Shown here: one piece after another, positions 1 to 15,200 of the stretch
Numbering within the stretch: position 1 is the first letter of the stretch
How the letters are laid out: every line of letters begins with the position of its first letter
DNA from: Tubiluchus corallicola
Lineage: Eukaryota; Animalia; Priapulida
DNA length: 64,000 bases
Reading direction: 5' to 3'
Assembly: GCA_030141605.1 (NCBI GenBank)
Contig: JAQGDQ010000383.1
Span: 124,001 to 188,000 of the forward strand
Made by a program: the position numbers and the translations under genes
The notes under the pieces: generated by a model
What the model was told of the DNA's origin: nothing
The model's database searches: none
Seen by the model: only the letters and a program-made list of their open reading frames with translations

Positions 1-270
1 TGTGTATTTTACAACAATTATTACCTATTGTGGGTAATGAATTGAAAGAAAGGAGACACTGAAAAATCATGGGCTAGTCGGAATACACAGACGTAAATTA
101 ATCAATGATAATGTAGAAGTTATCATAAGTTGATCAGTATCTGATATCAGTATCGGATTTCGGTACTTGAAATCAGGTGAATCCCATTTCTAAAGTGATT
201 CATGCATCACATAGTCGTAAAGTCGTGTAATAATGGCACAATCACGTAATGATTGTTGAATTGTGTTTAG

Positions 271-3200
271 GGATCCTATTTAGCGCACATTGTCTCAGAG
301 ACAGGCGCAAAGGTTGAACTACGAGGTAAAGGATCAGGTATTAGTGACACACTCACTGGACTAGAGTCGGCTGAACTTCTGCACCTTCTTATTACGTATG
401 CACTTTCATTTAACTAAAACGTGTTTACTTGTTATTATTGCATTTGTAACTTTGAAAATGCAAATAAATGATATACATATACATACATACACATATATAT
501 ATATATATTTCTAATTGAATAAAATTTAATTGTTTAATATCTAATTTTAATATGTATGATGAAATACGTTTCGTATGTTTGAGTCATTTTGTTTAACTTG
601 CTTTTCCTTTACTTTAACTAAACTGTTCTCCATTGCTTAGGCACCCAAAGATAGAAGGCTTACATGCAGCCAAAGAACTTTGTGAAAATCTATGTCAAAC
701 GGTAAGGTGATATTTGTAAATGCTTTTAGTAACTCTTTTTAGACATTATGTACATGAAGTCTAGTTAGGTTAACTACGTAAAAATTGAACAGGATTGTTC
801 AAATTTTATTAGTTGGTAAGGCAACAAAAATGATTTATTTTGTGTAGGTTCGACAGGAATTCCTACAAGTACAGACTCAGGCACATGCTTTAGCTGCGGC
901 ACAGTTAGCAAGCTTAGTAGCTAACCAGCAGGCTTTGCAGCAACTTCAGCAGCCGGGTGAGTGCCGTTATGTTATCATTTAGGTAAAATTGTGGTTCTAT
1001 ATATAAATTATTAACAAAATGTTTCTGTTTCTCATTTTCATAGCCATACAGTGACAATCTTGGGTTGTGTTTATACATGTAAAGTTTTGCAATAAGATAT
1101 GTACATTTGATTTCATTACCCTGAAGGTCATGAGCACGTTACTTGAAGCACAAACGCGTGGCCTGTCGCATAGTGGATTTTTAGACTTTAGAGTGATTAC
1201 GGTGATTACTTAAAAATTATAGTTGTACTGCTCATAAATTAAACTTACAGCTTTTTTGTTCCTTAGATTAAATCTTTCTTAGTCCGCGAGATGAAATGCA
1301 TGAGATGCAGAGCTGTGAGAATAGACTTGTTCAAATTTACAAAATTAATAACAAAGTAGTGACCTATCTGCATTTCGATTTATGTGGTTGCCGCTAGTAC
1401 TATCAATTGTTGTACGTGTTAGTGAAACACTCGGAGGCTATAAGAAGATGTGGCACTTCAGTTCTAGTTACACATCGATACACACCTCCAAAATTATTTG
1501 TCTAAATGAACAGTTTTCAGTTTACTAGTATTTAACTGGGATCTACTGTTTGGACAACAACGTTTTTATAGTATACTTGGTTGTCGAAATAATCACAACA
1601 GTTGAGTTGATCAACCTCAATTTAATATTTTTTCATTTGTATAAATACGTGTGCCCACGCAAGATGTTGAGAAAAATTTTGGTGCTTTAAATTTGCTGTT
1701 CTTTAAACTTAAATTTTTTTATGATGTAGTCTACTTTATGTATCAATTTTATTTTTAGGTCTAAATGTTGCAGGACTTAACTCAGCTCAGCCAGCTGGTT
1801 CACAAGTACTGCTGAGTAATACACCAATAACACGCAGTGGACTTGCAAATCAGCAGGGATTGTTAGCATCGACTGCTGGGTCGTCATTGTTCTCACATAC
1901 GCCATTAATAAATTCTACGCCAGGTAAAAATGCTGCAATTAGTTTAATCAATATCTTTATTTGACAAGAAACATTACAATCATATAATAAATACAATGGG
2001 CAATTAATCAAATGCTGATTGGCTAACAGGCATAACCTATATAAAAGCCTTTCAGACAGTAGATATTTCATCCCATAGGGACACGAGTACAAGAACTGTT
2101 AATTATTCATCAGGTAAGAATGAGATGGAGAAAGTTGTGTAACTTATTTTTTGAATAGCAGTGTGCGAAAGAGTGGGACAAGTTGGTTATGATGTGTTTA
2201 ATGTTAATGTAAAACTATGAAAATAGAATGAATGAAGATGAAGCTAATGAAAGAAAGATGAACATGTTGGGATCACAGGAATGCAAGAATATAAATAATT
2301 TACTCTGTAACGTAGAATTCAGAGATTTTAATGTACTATAGATTTAATTTTATTAATTAAAGCACCCACTTTGTATAATAAATGAAATGACAGCCCACAC
2401 CTAGCACCAGCAGCTAAATGAGGTGGTGACTTACTAACTTTAAACTCGTCTAAGTTGTCCAGCTTACATTTAAATTGTGTAAGCGAGGGGGATTTCTAAT
2501 ATCATGGGGCAAATTGTTCCAGGCTTGGGTTGTCGCACTTATGAAAGAGCTACGGCAAATACTAGTTCTTTGATATTCATTGTAAAATTGGTCACTATTG
2601 CGAAGTGCATGATTCCCTGTGATTGTTCCTACTGTAGGTGGTAACAGATTTTCTAGGTATGAAGGAGCAAGGCGACTGAACATTTTACATAATTGTATAC
2701 CTTTATATTGAATGCGTCTGTTGCATAAAGGAAGCAATTGCAACTCATAGTACAAATGATGATGGCTGGTACCACGACTAGCACCGGATATTATTATTGT
2801 TGCATCGAGTTGAACATCTTCGAGTTCATTTAATTGCTTGACATTACATTTGTCGCAAACACAGCAAGCATATTCAAGACCAGGTCAAATGAAACTGAAG
2901 TAAATAATATTTAGATACTCTACCTAGAATGTACTTGGAACTGCATAAATTTTGAGTCAGTTTTTGGCCTTACTAATAATTTCGTTGATCTGCTCAGATT
3001 AGTGCTACAGTTTGCAGATACATCCTTAGTTATATCACTTTTAATAGTCTGAAATGAAGCTATAGTTGCTAAAATAATTTGTTTTCGATGTACAAGGTAT
3101 GGGCATTGTCGGAAGTCCTGCTTTGCTACCACCGTCTTGTATAGCAACGTCATTGGCTGCGTCGATTGCTGGCTCGTTAAGTGAGTTTTTTTATAAAAGT

Positions 3201-6200
3201 TACAAATATGTATAAGTATGTTTTAGATGTTTCAAATTGTTTTGTTAAAATGTACAGAATCTTCGAGAAAAAACATTTCCCCAAATTAACTCATAACCAT
3301 TTTCTTGGTAGAGGCCTTGTAAAACAGACACAAGAGTTTCTCCTCTTTTCAAAGAGCTACAAGTTTCTCCCCAAGACGCACACAAAACTCTTTTAAGAAA
3401 TTTTTCTACATGGAATAAAAAAGCGGACATTTTTTGAAGTTTTTTACCGATGTTCCTAAAGGAACACCGTATAGAGAAAAAGAGAAAGCAACCTAGAGGG
3501 AGTTGGTTTGAGTCTTGGAGGGAAATTCATAGCTTTTTGAAAAGAGGAGAAAGTGGCTATACATTGGCGTGGTATTCTTTACAAACGCCTCTACCAGCAA
3601 GGGGAAAATTGTGAGTTAATTTGAGGAATATTTTTTCTGGACAATTGTTAAATAAATGTTAAAGAAAAACTGGACCCAATCTTAAACTGTAGGTCAAAAC
3701 AATCTGCCCTTTAAAATATTGAAAGAGAACATACTATTTTTTTCAAAAATGGCTTTCCTGAAAGAATTATTACCACACTATTGCAAATTCACATTCGTGC
3801 CACTAGTTAGATGGGCATTAGTGCCTGCATTTCGGAAATGCGCTGCACAACAACAGGTTCTGTACCTCTCAGTTCAGAGGTGTTCGTTTGTGACATACTG
3901 CACACGTTCAACAGCTCATGCTTGAGCATAGCAGTGAATTTGAAATTTGAATTTTTATCTTAAAACTTACCGAGTTTTAATACGACACCCCGAATATCTT
4001 ACTGTATTGCTGTACTTCAATTTTCACTTTTGTAAACATGTACAACATGCTCATGGAATGTTTTTGCTGTTGAAAATCATGTTCGTTTGTGATGTCATCA
4101 ATAATTGGGCTCGCCCGTCATTAACTACGATTTTATTCTATTATTTAATTCTCGGAATCGATTTTGCATTGTTATTGGTGTTAAGATATATACTTTTTAC
4201 CGTACTTGAAATTAGGGTAGTATATGAAAAATCGCCCTGTCTCCTTTAAATATTGTTTTCTATTTCAGTGGCCAACAGTTGGGGTCCATCTCCTGCATCT
4301 TTGGCTTCGGCTACCACGTCATTAGTTGGTGCAGCTAGACTTCCTCTTGTTTCTCTACCTGTCGGACTGACATTCAATCAGCAGATCGGACTGGCTGCAG
4401 CTTCTGGTGGATTAAGCGCCCCTGTAGCTGGTGCTCCGACTTCGACTAGAATTGCTCTTACGCCACAGCCCGTCAATTCGGTGCCATCACCTGTGCAAGT
4501 AGTGTTGCCCCAGCCAGCATCATTAACTGGTGGTCAAATGCTGGGCTCAAGATTAGTAACGTCACAACCTACGTTTACTGCAGCAATGCAGCAGGTATGC
4601 TTGTATAAATTGCTTTTTGTAATATTGTAGTTTGTAAATTATGTGCACGTATTTTCAGGTAAAAGATATTTGTAAACAGTGAGTATGCCCCATTTATCAA
4701 TCTACTTTATCATGACGTAGTTCTCTCTGCTTTCTCAATTTTGTATAACAGTTTAATTTTATTAACGCCATAAACTACAAAAAGAAAAACTATAGCTTCA
4801 AGTAGAGATGTTGTACGTTCAAGTTACCTAATTTACCTTTTATGCTAATTGCTTCCTTTGAGTTTTGTGTAGGATTATAATGGGTTCTTACTTCTACTTG
4901 TCAAAGTTTCATTTTTTCTTATGTTTCAGTTTGCAAATTCACTTCAGCCTGGTGTGGGAAGCTTAGCAGTGTCACCTGCCCAATTTCCACAGCCAACGAC
5001 TATCATAGCGTCCCAGCCATCGCCGAGATCCTCTGCCTCATTCGCAGCCTCTTCAATTGCTGATTTGCAACCCATCAAACGTAAATTTTTGGAGGAACCA
5101 CCCCTAAAAAGAGAAGAGCCTTTACTGGGATACCAGGTATTGCTTGTACAACATCTTTCAAAACCAATACAGTAGAATAATGTTAGTTGTCGACATGTTT
5201 ATTGAGTGTAGATGATTGTTTCAGCTATTATAGCCATTTTCAATACTATAAACCAAGCCGAAAAATGAATAATTAGTACATTAAAAATGTTTTCTCCTAG
5301 AGGTTATCTCTTTCATGTGTTTAATGTTAGTTGTCTTGATCAGTGAGCTCATTTTCCAAGCTCACAGAGTTCTTTCCATCTCCTCACAGGTTATATTGTT
5401 GAATATGGCATTCATGCAGGCATTTTCAAATGAAAGGGTAAACTGTGAGTGAAATTCAAAAAATGTGGAATAACATTTGTGATACTTTAGAAATGCTTGG
5501 AGCAGTTTCTCTTGTATGTCTTAACAATTTGAGTTGTTGTGTTGCACATCTGGCCTCAGTTCTAACAACGAGCAGAATGTTAGGTTTGCATCCACAAAAT
5601 CTTTTGTTGCCTGCTATTTCCCAAAAATGCTATTTATGCTGTTTTAAGTGTTGCTTCAATAATTTTCAATTCAATTTCAATTTGATTAAAATTTATTTAT
5701 TGCCTCATATGCTTCAAAAGACGGTTTGCTTAATACAATTAGTTCATCATAGAAAATAAACAGAAAGAGGCATGGTAGAGAAAGTAGTCACCTAGTAACC
5801 ATCCCTTAGTAAACAATACTGTAAATGAATTTTAAAAAAATTGTGTGAGACATATTGCTTATTTTTATGAAAAAGCTCACTCACATTTACTCACAAGAAA
5901 ATTCATTTATTCCAGTATTAGTATTATGATGTAGGATTAAAAATAATTTGTAAGAACCATCAATTTACGAGCCAAACCTGGTAGCAAAGCTAGCAATAGG
6001 TAACAAAACATTAACGAATTCAGCAAAGCAATGATTCAAAATGTAATGAAGTAACAGATGAAGAAGAATATTGCCACTTTCACCTACGGTGAATTTAGAT
6101 CTACAGTAAAGTTACACGTGTAAAAAGAACAAGCATTGTTTTTTGTTACATAATTCGGATTCTGCAAGCCAGAATCCAGCATTCCATAGCAGGTCGTAGC

Positions 6201-9200
6201 GAGTAGTGCTGTTCCGGTTGTCCGATTTTATCGAAATTCATTTGGCCTTGACATTCAACTAAGCACTCGATAATAGATTAACATAATCGATGATTGCTTA
6301 ATGCAATAAGTGTAAGATTTTGCACACTCTGCCACCCATTTCTACCATTTCATTGCAGTGCTGATAGCAACAAATGTCTTTGTTAAAAAAAATTGCTGAT
6401 GATCAATGCTGAAACAGCGCAGCTAAAGATAAGGTTCAATATGGGATATTTGTGCGCTGCGCTTGCCGCTTTATGACATTCTTAATTGATTTCTCGCATT
6501 GAGGTGCAGGAGTGCCACAACAGTCAGTTGATCATCGATCATTATTGAATATCAATTATTGATCATAGAAATGAAACTGGTGCCATTCTTAATTTAATAA
6601 TTTCGTTTACCAATACGAAGCAGAAGTCATTGTTGTGAGTAAATGCATTGATTTAACTTCTTTCAGCATGGACCTCCACACCTGCCACACGTAGTAGCAC
6701 CACATGTAGCTGGTTCATCAGTTGCCTCTCTGCCTCATGCTAGTGTGTCAACACCATTTATCACGTCTCTAGCTAATACGCTTGGTCATGGACTTCTTAC
6801 TGGTTTACAGGGCAATGTTCAAAATCACTTAGGTGCTCAACATGTTCCACATGGTACGTAGTCATTCTTACTTCCAATTACAGTAGACGCAGGTTAATAG
6901 ACTCACTTTGGGACGGAAGTGTTTTGACCCAATTAGCCGATTGATTCAATTAGCTGACGAATGTAACCTATTATTACTGTAGAAGTGTGAGCATGACTCA
7001 TCACCTTAGTATGAATAGCAAATGTTTTAAATGAATTTTAGAAAAGAATTAGTATCAAAATTCCTATGAGCAATTATTTAAGAATACTAATTTATACTAA
7101 TTAAGAAATTAGTTAGGTGAATTAATAAAAAATGAAAGTAAAAAATCTCACAAATCTGACTATTATCACCAAAAATTACAAAAAATCGTGTAGGGTCGGT
7201 TGCTTCCTTTCTTCACGAAGAAGTTGGTTCATGAAATTCTCATAATGATAAAAGCGTTGAAAATCTGTTGCTGTATACTGCTCATGTTCATGCAAAACAC
7301 CTAGTGCTTGAACTGCTGTTGACGATGACCTTGTTTCCCCTGTGAAAAGCAACTTCAAAAGCAAACCGCAGAACAAGTGATTAAATGTTTAGCTTCCAGA
7401 AACAATGACGTTAACTGTAATGGACAAGCAGGTGACAGATTCAAAGCAAACCCGCTAGACTAACAATATTACGGCTTTTTTGATAAACGTACTGTACTTG
7501 CTTACAAGGTTTACTTGCCAAGGTTTCAGCTATGAAACTTGATAATTAACGATGAAAATGAAACTCAACCGAAATGTGCAATTATCTGCAAAGCAAAATG
7601 AATTTTTTGTTTCGTTAACATCCCTGGCTAGAGTTAGATCAGCCTCACACTGTTGAGTCTGGCAGTACTTTAGAGTTATCTTATGACGTTATATTTTCTA
7701 GAACCATTAGAAAATTCTGAGCAACATTTGGATTTCGTCATTTTTGGGCTCAACTCTTTTTTTTCTTTCTAATCTTTTTCCCTACTTTTATCGTTTCATT
7801 TTGTTAAAATTTATATTAAACAGTGAAATTTGTCTTTGAAGACCTGCAACATTTGAGAGACCAACTTGTTTAGTTAATGTCGTACAGCTAAAGTTGATGT
7901 GGTTCAGATATTATTGAAATTTTGCAGTTATTCTGTTTTTATTTCAGATCAGCATTTGGTTAGAGGTAGTGGTATTTTATCGTTACCTGTAGGACAACCT
8001 GTTCCTGCACCTGTTGGTCCAGTGCCTTCATCTTTGGCACCTGCCGGGTATGTTTGTTATTTAACTTATTTGCTGTTATGTTGAATAATCACCTTTGTTT
8101 CCATTTTAGGTTGGGCTTAAGTACTTCATGGTTTAATACTGTATGTATTTGTGTGACTTGAGGTGAACACTACAGCATGTACATGTGTATTGTTCTCAAA
8201 ACTGTCTGTTAATATTAGTTCAACATTATATTTTTTTATAAATAATACATTTTTGTCTACTTTTGGCAGGTTTCGTATCAGTTCAATGCACAAACATAGA
8301 ATTTTTACTGTTTTTAGTGATCTATACCAATTTTGAATCATATTAACTACTACTACAATTTAGCACTAGAACAAAACTTCCATAGATTACACATTTAAGA
8401 AGTTTTTTCCATTTAATGTAATTGACAAAAACGGTTTTTTCTTCAACTCAGCTAGAGTGTCCTGTGTACACAATTTCGTGGTTTGCAAAAAGCCAACTTG
8501 CATTTTTTGGTTGCACCAGTGAGGCACTCCTGATTGTCAAAATGTTGATAAGATATAGGTAAATTTTCCAGTAAATAGTTTTGAGGATAATTAAATAACT
8601 GCCCCGGTAGTCAGTTGATTTACATGCGGTTTGAAATATTATTAATCTAGCTAATAACAGATTGTTAGTGGAGATTAAAGGATTTCCATATACATCTACA
8701 TGCATCTACATACATCTATACACTTTAAACTAATTTGATAACTGGTAAATAATTGAGCAAGGGACGTGAACCATGGTTGGGCCGTAGTGCGCATGGTTAA
8801 GTCAATAACTTGTGATCTTGGGCTCATGTTAGTAGCTAATTTGTTCTTATTTTATGCTGTTTCTTGATTGACATCAATTTTAAAAATACTTTTGCGGCTC
8901 AGGGGATATCTGGGTGGAGAATTGTGGGAAAGTGGACTCAAGAGTGACAGCAAATGACATTTAATAATTTTATCATTAACCACCTGTTATGACTGCATGC
9001 TTCCTAGGAAATCCAATGTATAGATCTGTTAATTAATCCAGGGAAAAGTTATAAGTTATTTTAACGTTGTAACTAGGACTATAAAATGCATATTTTTCTT
9101 TTTCGCTTTTAAATAATTTGTCTCGACATCACCTGCATTATTGTATAGACCTGTTAACTCAAGGAAAAGCTATGTTATTTTAACATTGTGAACAAGGCTA

Positions 9201-12200
9201 TATAATGCATCTTTTTATTTTTGCTTTTAAATAAATTCTCGACGTCGCCTGCATTATTTCTTGAACATTTGCTGGGAAATAATTATGAGGCAATAAAAGC
9301 ATATACCTTATAAAAGAGTATCTAACCTGGTTGCTTCACACATTTGCAGCTGGAATTAAGCTATTGCAAACAACGACTTTTGCTTGTACATAGATTTAAA
9401 TGCGGTAAAAGTATATGGTTTTTAAATGCAGAGTTTTATAAGTAGCTGAAATAGTTCTTTACAAGGCATATTTTTGGGGGTTCTTTGAAACCAAAGTTTA
9501 TTATTTTTGGAATGTGTCAAAGTAATTGTGTGTTGCAGTTGGTGTGCTAGCTAACAGGCGTCTCATATGAGGTTACTGGTTATTTTCCACTAATCATCAT
9601 ACTACACCTGTTGTATAGATGTCACTTATTGTGGATGTTGCCAGACACTCTTATTCCCAGTTAGTAGATTATGATGAGGTTTGCTGCATTATGCCTAAGG
9701 TTATCAATCTGTGTAACTATCCATTATTGTTTATTTAAACTGGCAGCAAAACGGAGCAATAATTACAGCCCGGTTCATTTGCTTATTTCTCAATAAGCCT
9801 TTTCATGCTTATGTTGTGTGCACACGCAGTTGCTTTAGGTCAAAGGTTAACGTCTTAATTACAACTGCCACGTGACATTTGGGTAAAGTAAAACTGTCGC
9901 CAAATCAGTTCAGTAACTTCAATTGTTTTACGCGGACTTTACTTAATTATGCATTAGTCTGTGCGATGTATCGTGATTTACTAGCAGGATCTTGCGTGGG
10001 AACAGAAAAAATGAACTAGGTAAGGTTTTAGCTAGCTGTTAAAACTGTTACTGTTACAATGGCATGGGCGGTGAGGCTTTGTCAATCGTTGGAACTGTGA
10101 AAAAGTTTATTACATCAAGTCTGTCCTTCTCTTCCACCGCACAAGTTACCAGTATCACTTCCAAGTATGGTTATAAAGCAGCGTACACCACCACACAACA
10201 ACTCTCTATGCTTATATTACACACTTTTATCATATTAGGCTTTGCGCAATGTGATGATATGTAATAATTTAGCGAATGTATAATTGTGTGTTTGTGAAAA
10301 ATATTTAACAGTTTGAGAATGTTAAGTTTTTTCAAAAAAATCAAAATTCAGTTTATTACACTTAGTTCTAAGAAGTGCGGGTAGCATTTTATGTTTATTA
10401 TAATAATTCCATAATCTCAATCTTTATTTTACCCTTTGAAGTTTCCCAGCTAATGTGTCAAGCTTACTATTTAGATATAAGTTGGGAAGACAACAGTACT
10501 TTATGAAGATGCCGTGTAAAAGTCTCAGAGGCACAGTTTTGTTCTCTTATAGTTACACTGTATGGATAAACTTGTGTATTGTGTGTCAAGTAGATGTTAC
10601 TTGTCTATAGGAAATTGCTTCTCATCATACAAAATGTAACATTAGGCCGTCTCTCATGAAGTTCACTAAGTATCGTTTTAATTACTTGCTCTTAAAAACT
10701 TCAGTCATGATACGTAGGAACATAATATAGCAGGCTTTTTCAAGTGTAACATTTTTTAGTTATTGTCAGTGTCACTGTCTGTTTAAGAATAATCGGATGT
10801 AAAAATAAGCATAACAATATCTTTCTGCAGTGCTGTGTATCTATTGCAAAACATTTGGAATAAACTGTTATTCCTTATCAGAAGTGATGATGAATAACTA
10901 AGTGCAAAAGGCTTTGGTTTTTGTTTTTCATGTCCTTCAAAGCTGCTAATGTGGAGATTGAAGCCTCATTTCTAATATTTTTTGGCAAACCCTGATCTTT
11001 TGTCTTGTTAGATATGTAATTTGTCCAAACAGATTTTTTTGTATTGTGTGAAAATTTCAGAAAATTTTTATCTTTAATGAACGTCCATTTGAGCAGCTTT
11101 TTGGGTCATATTACATACAATCGACTTTAAACTGTATTATTTCCCAGTCCATTTAACCCACCACTCTGTTTAAGTGTAGCTGTTTAGTAAAGTTGAAGCA
11201 TCTTACTATTGTTACGTATGCATTAGGCATTAGTCGTAAACATTATTTACCTGTTTAGTTAAGACCGGTAATTATAGAAACAATAGGAAGCCATTAGGGC
11301 TTTTCATACTAACTGTGTTGCTTGGCAACTCGCTGTTTTAGGATTTCTGTATCTGCTGATGTGATCGTACCGCTACCACCGCCATCGGGTCCTCCGTTCA
11401 GCGAGCAACTGGAACTCTGCGAGAATAGACGTCTAATGCATCCTCCAGGACAAATGCCACCTGGTTCGTCAGGTTTGTATGACTAACGAGAAGAAATTTT
11501 TCTTGCAGGTTTTTGGGACATCTGCACACCTGACTGTCACCTAGGAAGCTGGCAACTTTAACGTAAGTATGCATCGAATACTTCATTACAGAGTGTGTGG
11601 AGAACAACATTTGTATGTACACTAGATGATCATTGCCATAATGGTGTACACATCATATTTCGATCAAATTTGAGAAAAGCTTCTGTGCTATTCATTGTTT
11701 TTTACATATTCTTACTTATTCCATGCACTCTGTAAAGTTACAAACCCCACGGGTTAAAAGATTCCGAGTTCACAGCTGTTCCACAAAGAAATGTTTTGTG
11801 AATCGGTGATATTGCAAGGTACAGTATGTAAATACGTATTAGATTCTGGATTATGTGAAAAAATTTGCATGAGAAATGCTAGCTGTTGTTTTGTGCCTTT
11901 GCGGATTGCACTTCAAGTTTGCCAACATACTGAAGTTTGTCAATAAAATTAATGTTATACAGTAATTGTACTTATTGAGAAAGTTTTCAGCAGACAGAAC
12001 CAATAATTCTACAGTTCCCCTTTTGTCAGGGCAACTACAGTAACAGCCGTAATTTTAGTGTGGGAATAAATCAGACCCTGAAAATATTCTCAGTATTTTT
12101 ATTAATCCATTGTTATGAGTTTAAGGAAAGCTAAATGGTTTGCTTGTAATATGTAGCTTAGCCTTAGTGCACTACTTGTTCAAATGTCCCACTGATTGCT

Positions 12201-15200
12201 TCACTCTTTGCCCTCTAAAATGCGGAAATTGATACAATGCGAATTTTTAACATTTTTAGAAAATGATTCAGAATCTACGCTGTATTATTTTAAAGCTCAC
12301 ATTCGATGTATGTTCATATAAAGGCAAGAATGATTTTTGGGTCATTTGTGAATGGCTTTTTTCCAATAGTATGATCATTTTCAAGAAAAAGAATGCTATG
12401 CTCATTTTCTTACGGAGGGTAATTTTCAAATGATAATGCTTCGGGAAATAACCACGGTGGCTGTTGTTATTGTGCAGTGACCATTGATCACCATAAACAG
12501 CTTGTTTTGCCTGTAGAAAAGTAATTTGAGCTTTAAAATTTTGTCAACTTATTGCTTGTTATATACACTGCAGATTATGCGTTTAGCCATTATTTGCCAG
12601 GTAAGCCAATTTAATTTACTGCGATACAGAATTAATCTCAGAATTTCCACTGTTTCTACTACAGGTCAGAAAAGCCACTCATTATATCTATTTTTCATTG
12701 CAAGTTCCAGTAATAACAATGATTCTTTTATAATTCAGTAATAGGAAGCTTTCCCCCAAAAATAAACCTCTGAGTTTTGTGGTAAAAATGGGTATATCAT
12801 TTTTTGAATTTTTTTGCTATTTGCATTGTGACTAGAGTTTTTAACCAATTCTTGTTCGCTGCAATTAATTCTCACAGCTGTCTCATATTCTCAGAGGACA
12901 AGTCGAGCGATGCTTATGGTGATTTTTTTTGCCCTCTTACTTTCATACCCATAAAATTTCCTTTGGAAAGTCTCTTCACTACTTGGCAATTGGAAGCAAG
13001 ACTCGACAAGCTGGTGCACCGATACGGAAAGTAATTATGCAGCTAAGAGCACTAACACATGTATCTTATTATCGTTAGACTTATGTGTAGTAGTATCATG
13101 ATTCATAACTAATGTGGGACATTTCTGATAGCGATGCTACCAACACCCTTGAAGATGGAATTACAATGATAGGTTTGGGTGTTTGACACCGAGGATTAAC
13201 TATTTTATGTTTATTTATTTCACAGGATATCCGTGTAACTTTTTTTTAGATACAACACATATTTATCATCAGTTTGCTGTGGTTGGAGATGTTTATTGCT
13301 CTTTTGGTGAACGTGAATTGAACTGTTGGCTTGTAAACCATATACTTGTATGTGTGTGTATGTGAAGTTAAATGCATTTGCTTTGCTAATATTCAACTCG
13401 TGTGAAGAAAGGGTAATCCTATGTAATATAACATGCCAAATTTATAAAAAAACCCATACACTTGCCATTTCGTTTTATAGATTTTCACCTGGTTTTTGTC
13501 GGCTGCTTAATACTTTTTCCTATGTAAATGCCTACTCTGATATATTAATCAAAGTTAATGACTTTAGAATAACCCTCTTGTCACCTTAGTCATGACTTTG
13601 TAGCCTCATGCAGGGATTAGTTGGGCTCGTACTAATCGCCATATGTAAATTTTTCAATCTTTCCACTAGACTTAGAGGTTACGTGTATTTTTGTACTTGT
13701 AAGTGGCTTGTTACGTGTAAGAATGTTTTGACGAGTGTGCAAAGTATTTTATAATCAACAACTTTCGTTTTTGGTGTGACAAATTCACTAGTTTTAGTGT
13801 GTTTATTAGTACTGCTAGTAGAGGGCAGTAACCAGCACTTAAAAAGAATGGGCTATATTTATAAGCTAATGACTCTTTACTTGAGCCTTGAGGTAAACCA
13901 AAAACGATTGTTCTGGAACTAAATTGATGGAAAGGTAAAATGCGTGCTGTGCCTGTCGTGTAGAGTATCCTTATCAAATAATCTTTTCAGGAAATTGCAA
14001 TACTTTTTCTTTCTCTTTAGGTGAGATGTGTACAAGAGAACCAGACAGGAAACGCCTAAAAGCCTCTTCTGGTATTGCAATTACTTTATACAACTCATTT
14101 TACTAGTTAACTGTGAATCTAGTTTATAAATAATTTGGATTAGTATAAAAGCTTATAATTCCATAGATTCATTGCAATTTAATTTTGTAGGAAAATCTGG
14201 AGTGAAATAAGTGAATTGTGTAATTTAATTTCCCCAGATTAGGGATGTTAACGATAGAGATGCATATTTAGTTTTTATTGTTATCCTAACAATATTATTC
14301 TAGGAATATCGAAATTAGTGCGCATCACTGCATATCGTTCACCATTATAAAATTTTTCATTTACGTACTAGAATTACGTGAAAAACAATTGAAAAGAGTT
14401 ATTTATGAGGTAGTTTGAGTAATCTTCTTGTTCCTTTTTCCTGTAATTGTCTGAAAAACAGATTGTCGTTATCGTATCGTTAGAAAGAAGGATTGTGATT
14501 ATATCGTTAGCTTATCACCAAATGTATCGTTTAACATCCCTAGTTGCTTCTGTTGCTTCACATATTGAAATGTTGAAAATTTCAAGCTTCTGTTTCAAGC
14601 ATTTCAGTTTATACTCAATGTACATTTATTGTCTTCAGAATTTACTTTTTATTTATTGTTGGTAACAGGAGATGAAGATGACAGAATAACTAATATGCGT
14701 CAAGTTCCAATTGATGTAATGAAAGAGAGGCTGAATGCAGTAAAGGGAAGGTAATGATATTTTTTTATTTAGTTGCTAGAAGGTTAAAACAAAGTGAATG
14801 AATTTAGATCAAAATCCCGCAAGCGTGACCATTTTGATACTTGACTATGCCTGGTCCATTGCAGTTTACCCGTGAGACTGAACAGTTTGTCCTAATTTTC
14901 TCTTTTCGGCTCCGATCTCGAACCTTTAAACAGTTCCAGCTGTTCTAATGATGTAAACATACCATTGTTTCTGTGCCTACTGAGATTTCATGAAGTTTCA
15001 ACAAAACTGTAGTCTAGTTGCTATAGTTTCAGAACTATTCGGTGTTATCCATTTTGGCACCTATCTCGAGCCCTTAAAGAACCCCAACTTTTTAAAAGCC
15101 CAGGTACACATCTTCACCACAATACCTAATTACTCTCGGAAAAAAATTTGTATGCGAGTTGAATGACAATCGAAAAACTGACCGATGTCCAGCCCCTTAG

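Noticed and set aside
9541-9620. ATACTACAC (complement of the U2 branch-recognition region) beside a hairpin as a scaRNA; vertebrate KHDC4 hosts SCARNA4 and SNORA80E
   Set aside because: No H box or matching 5' pocket strand, and a 9-mer match is expected by chance in a window this size.
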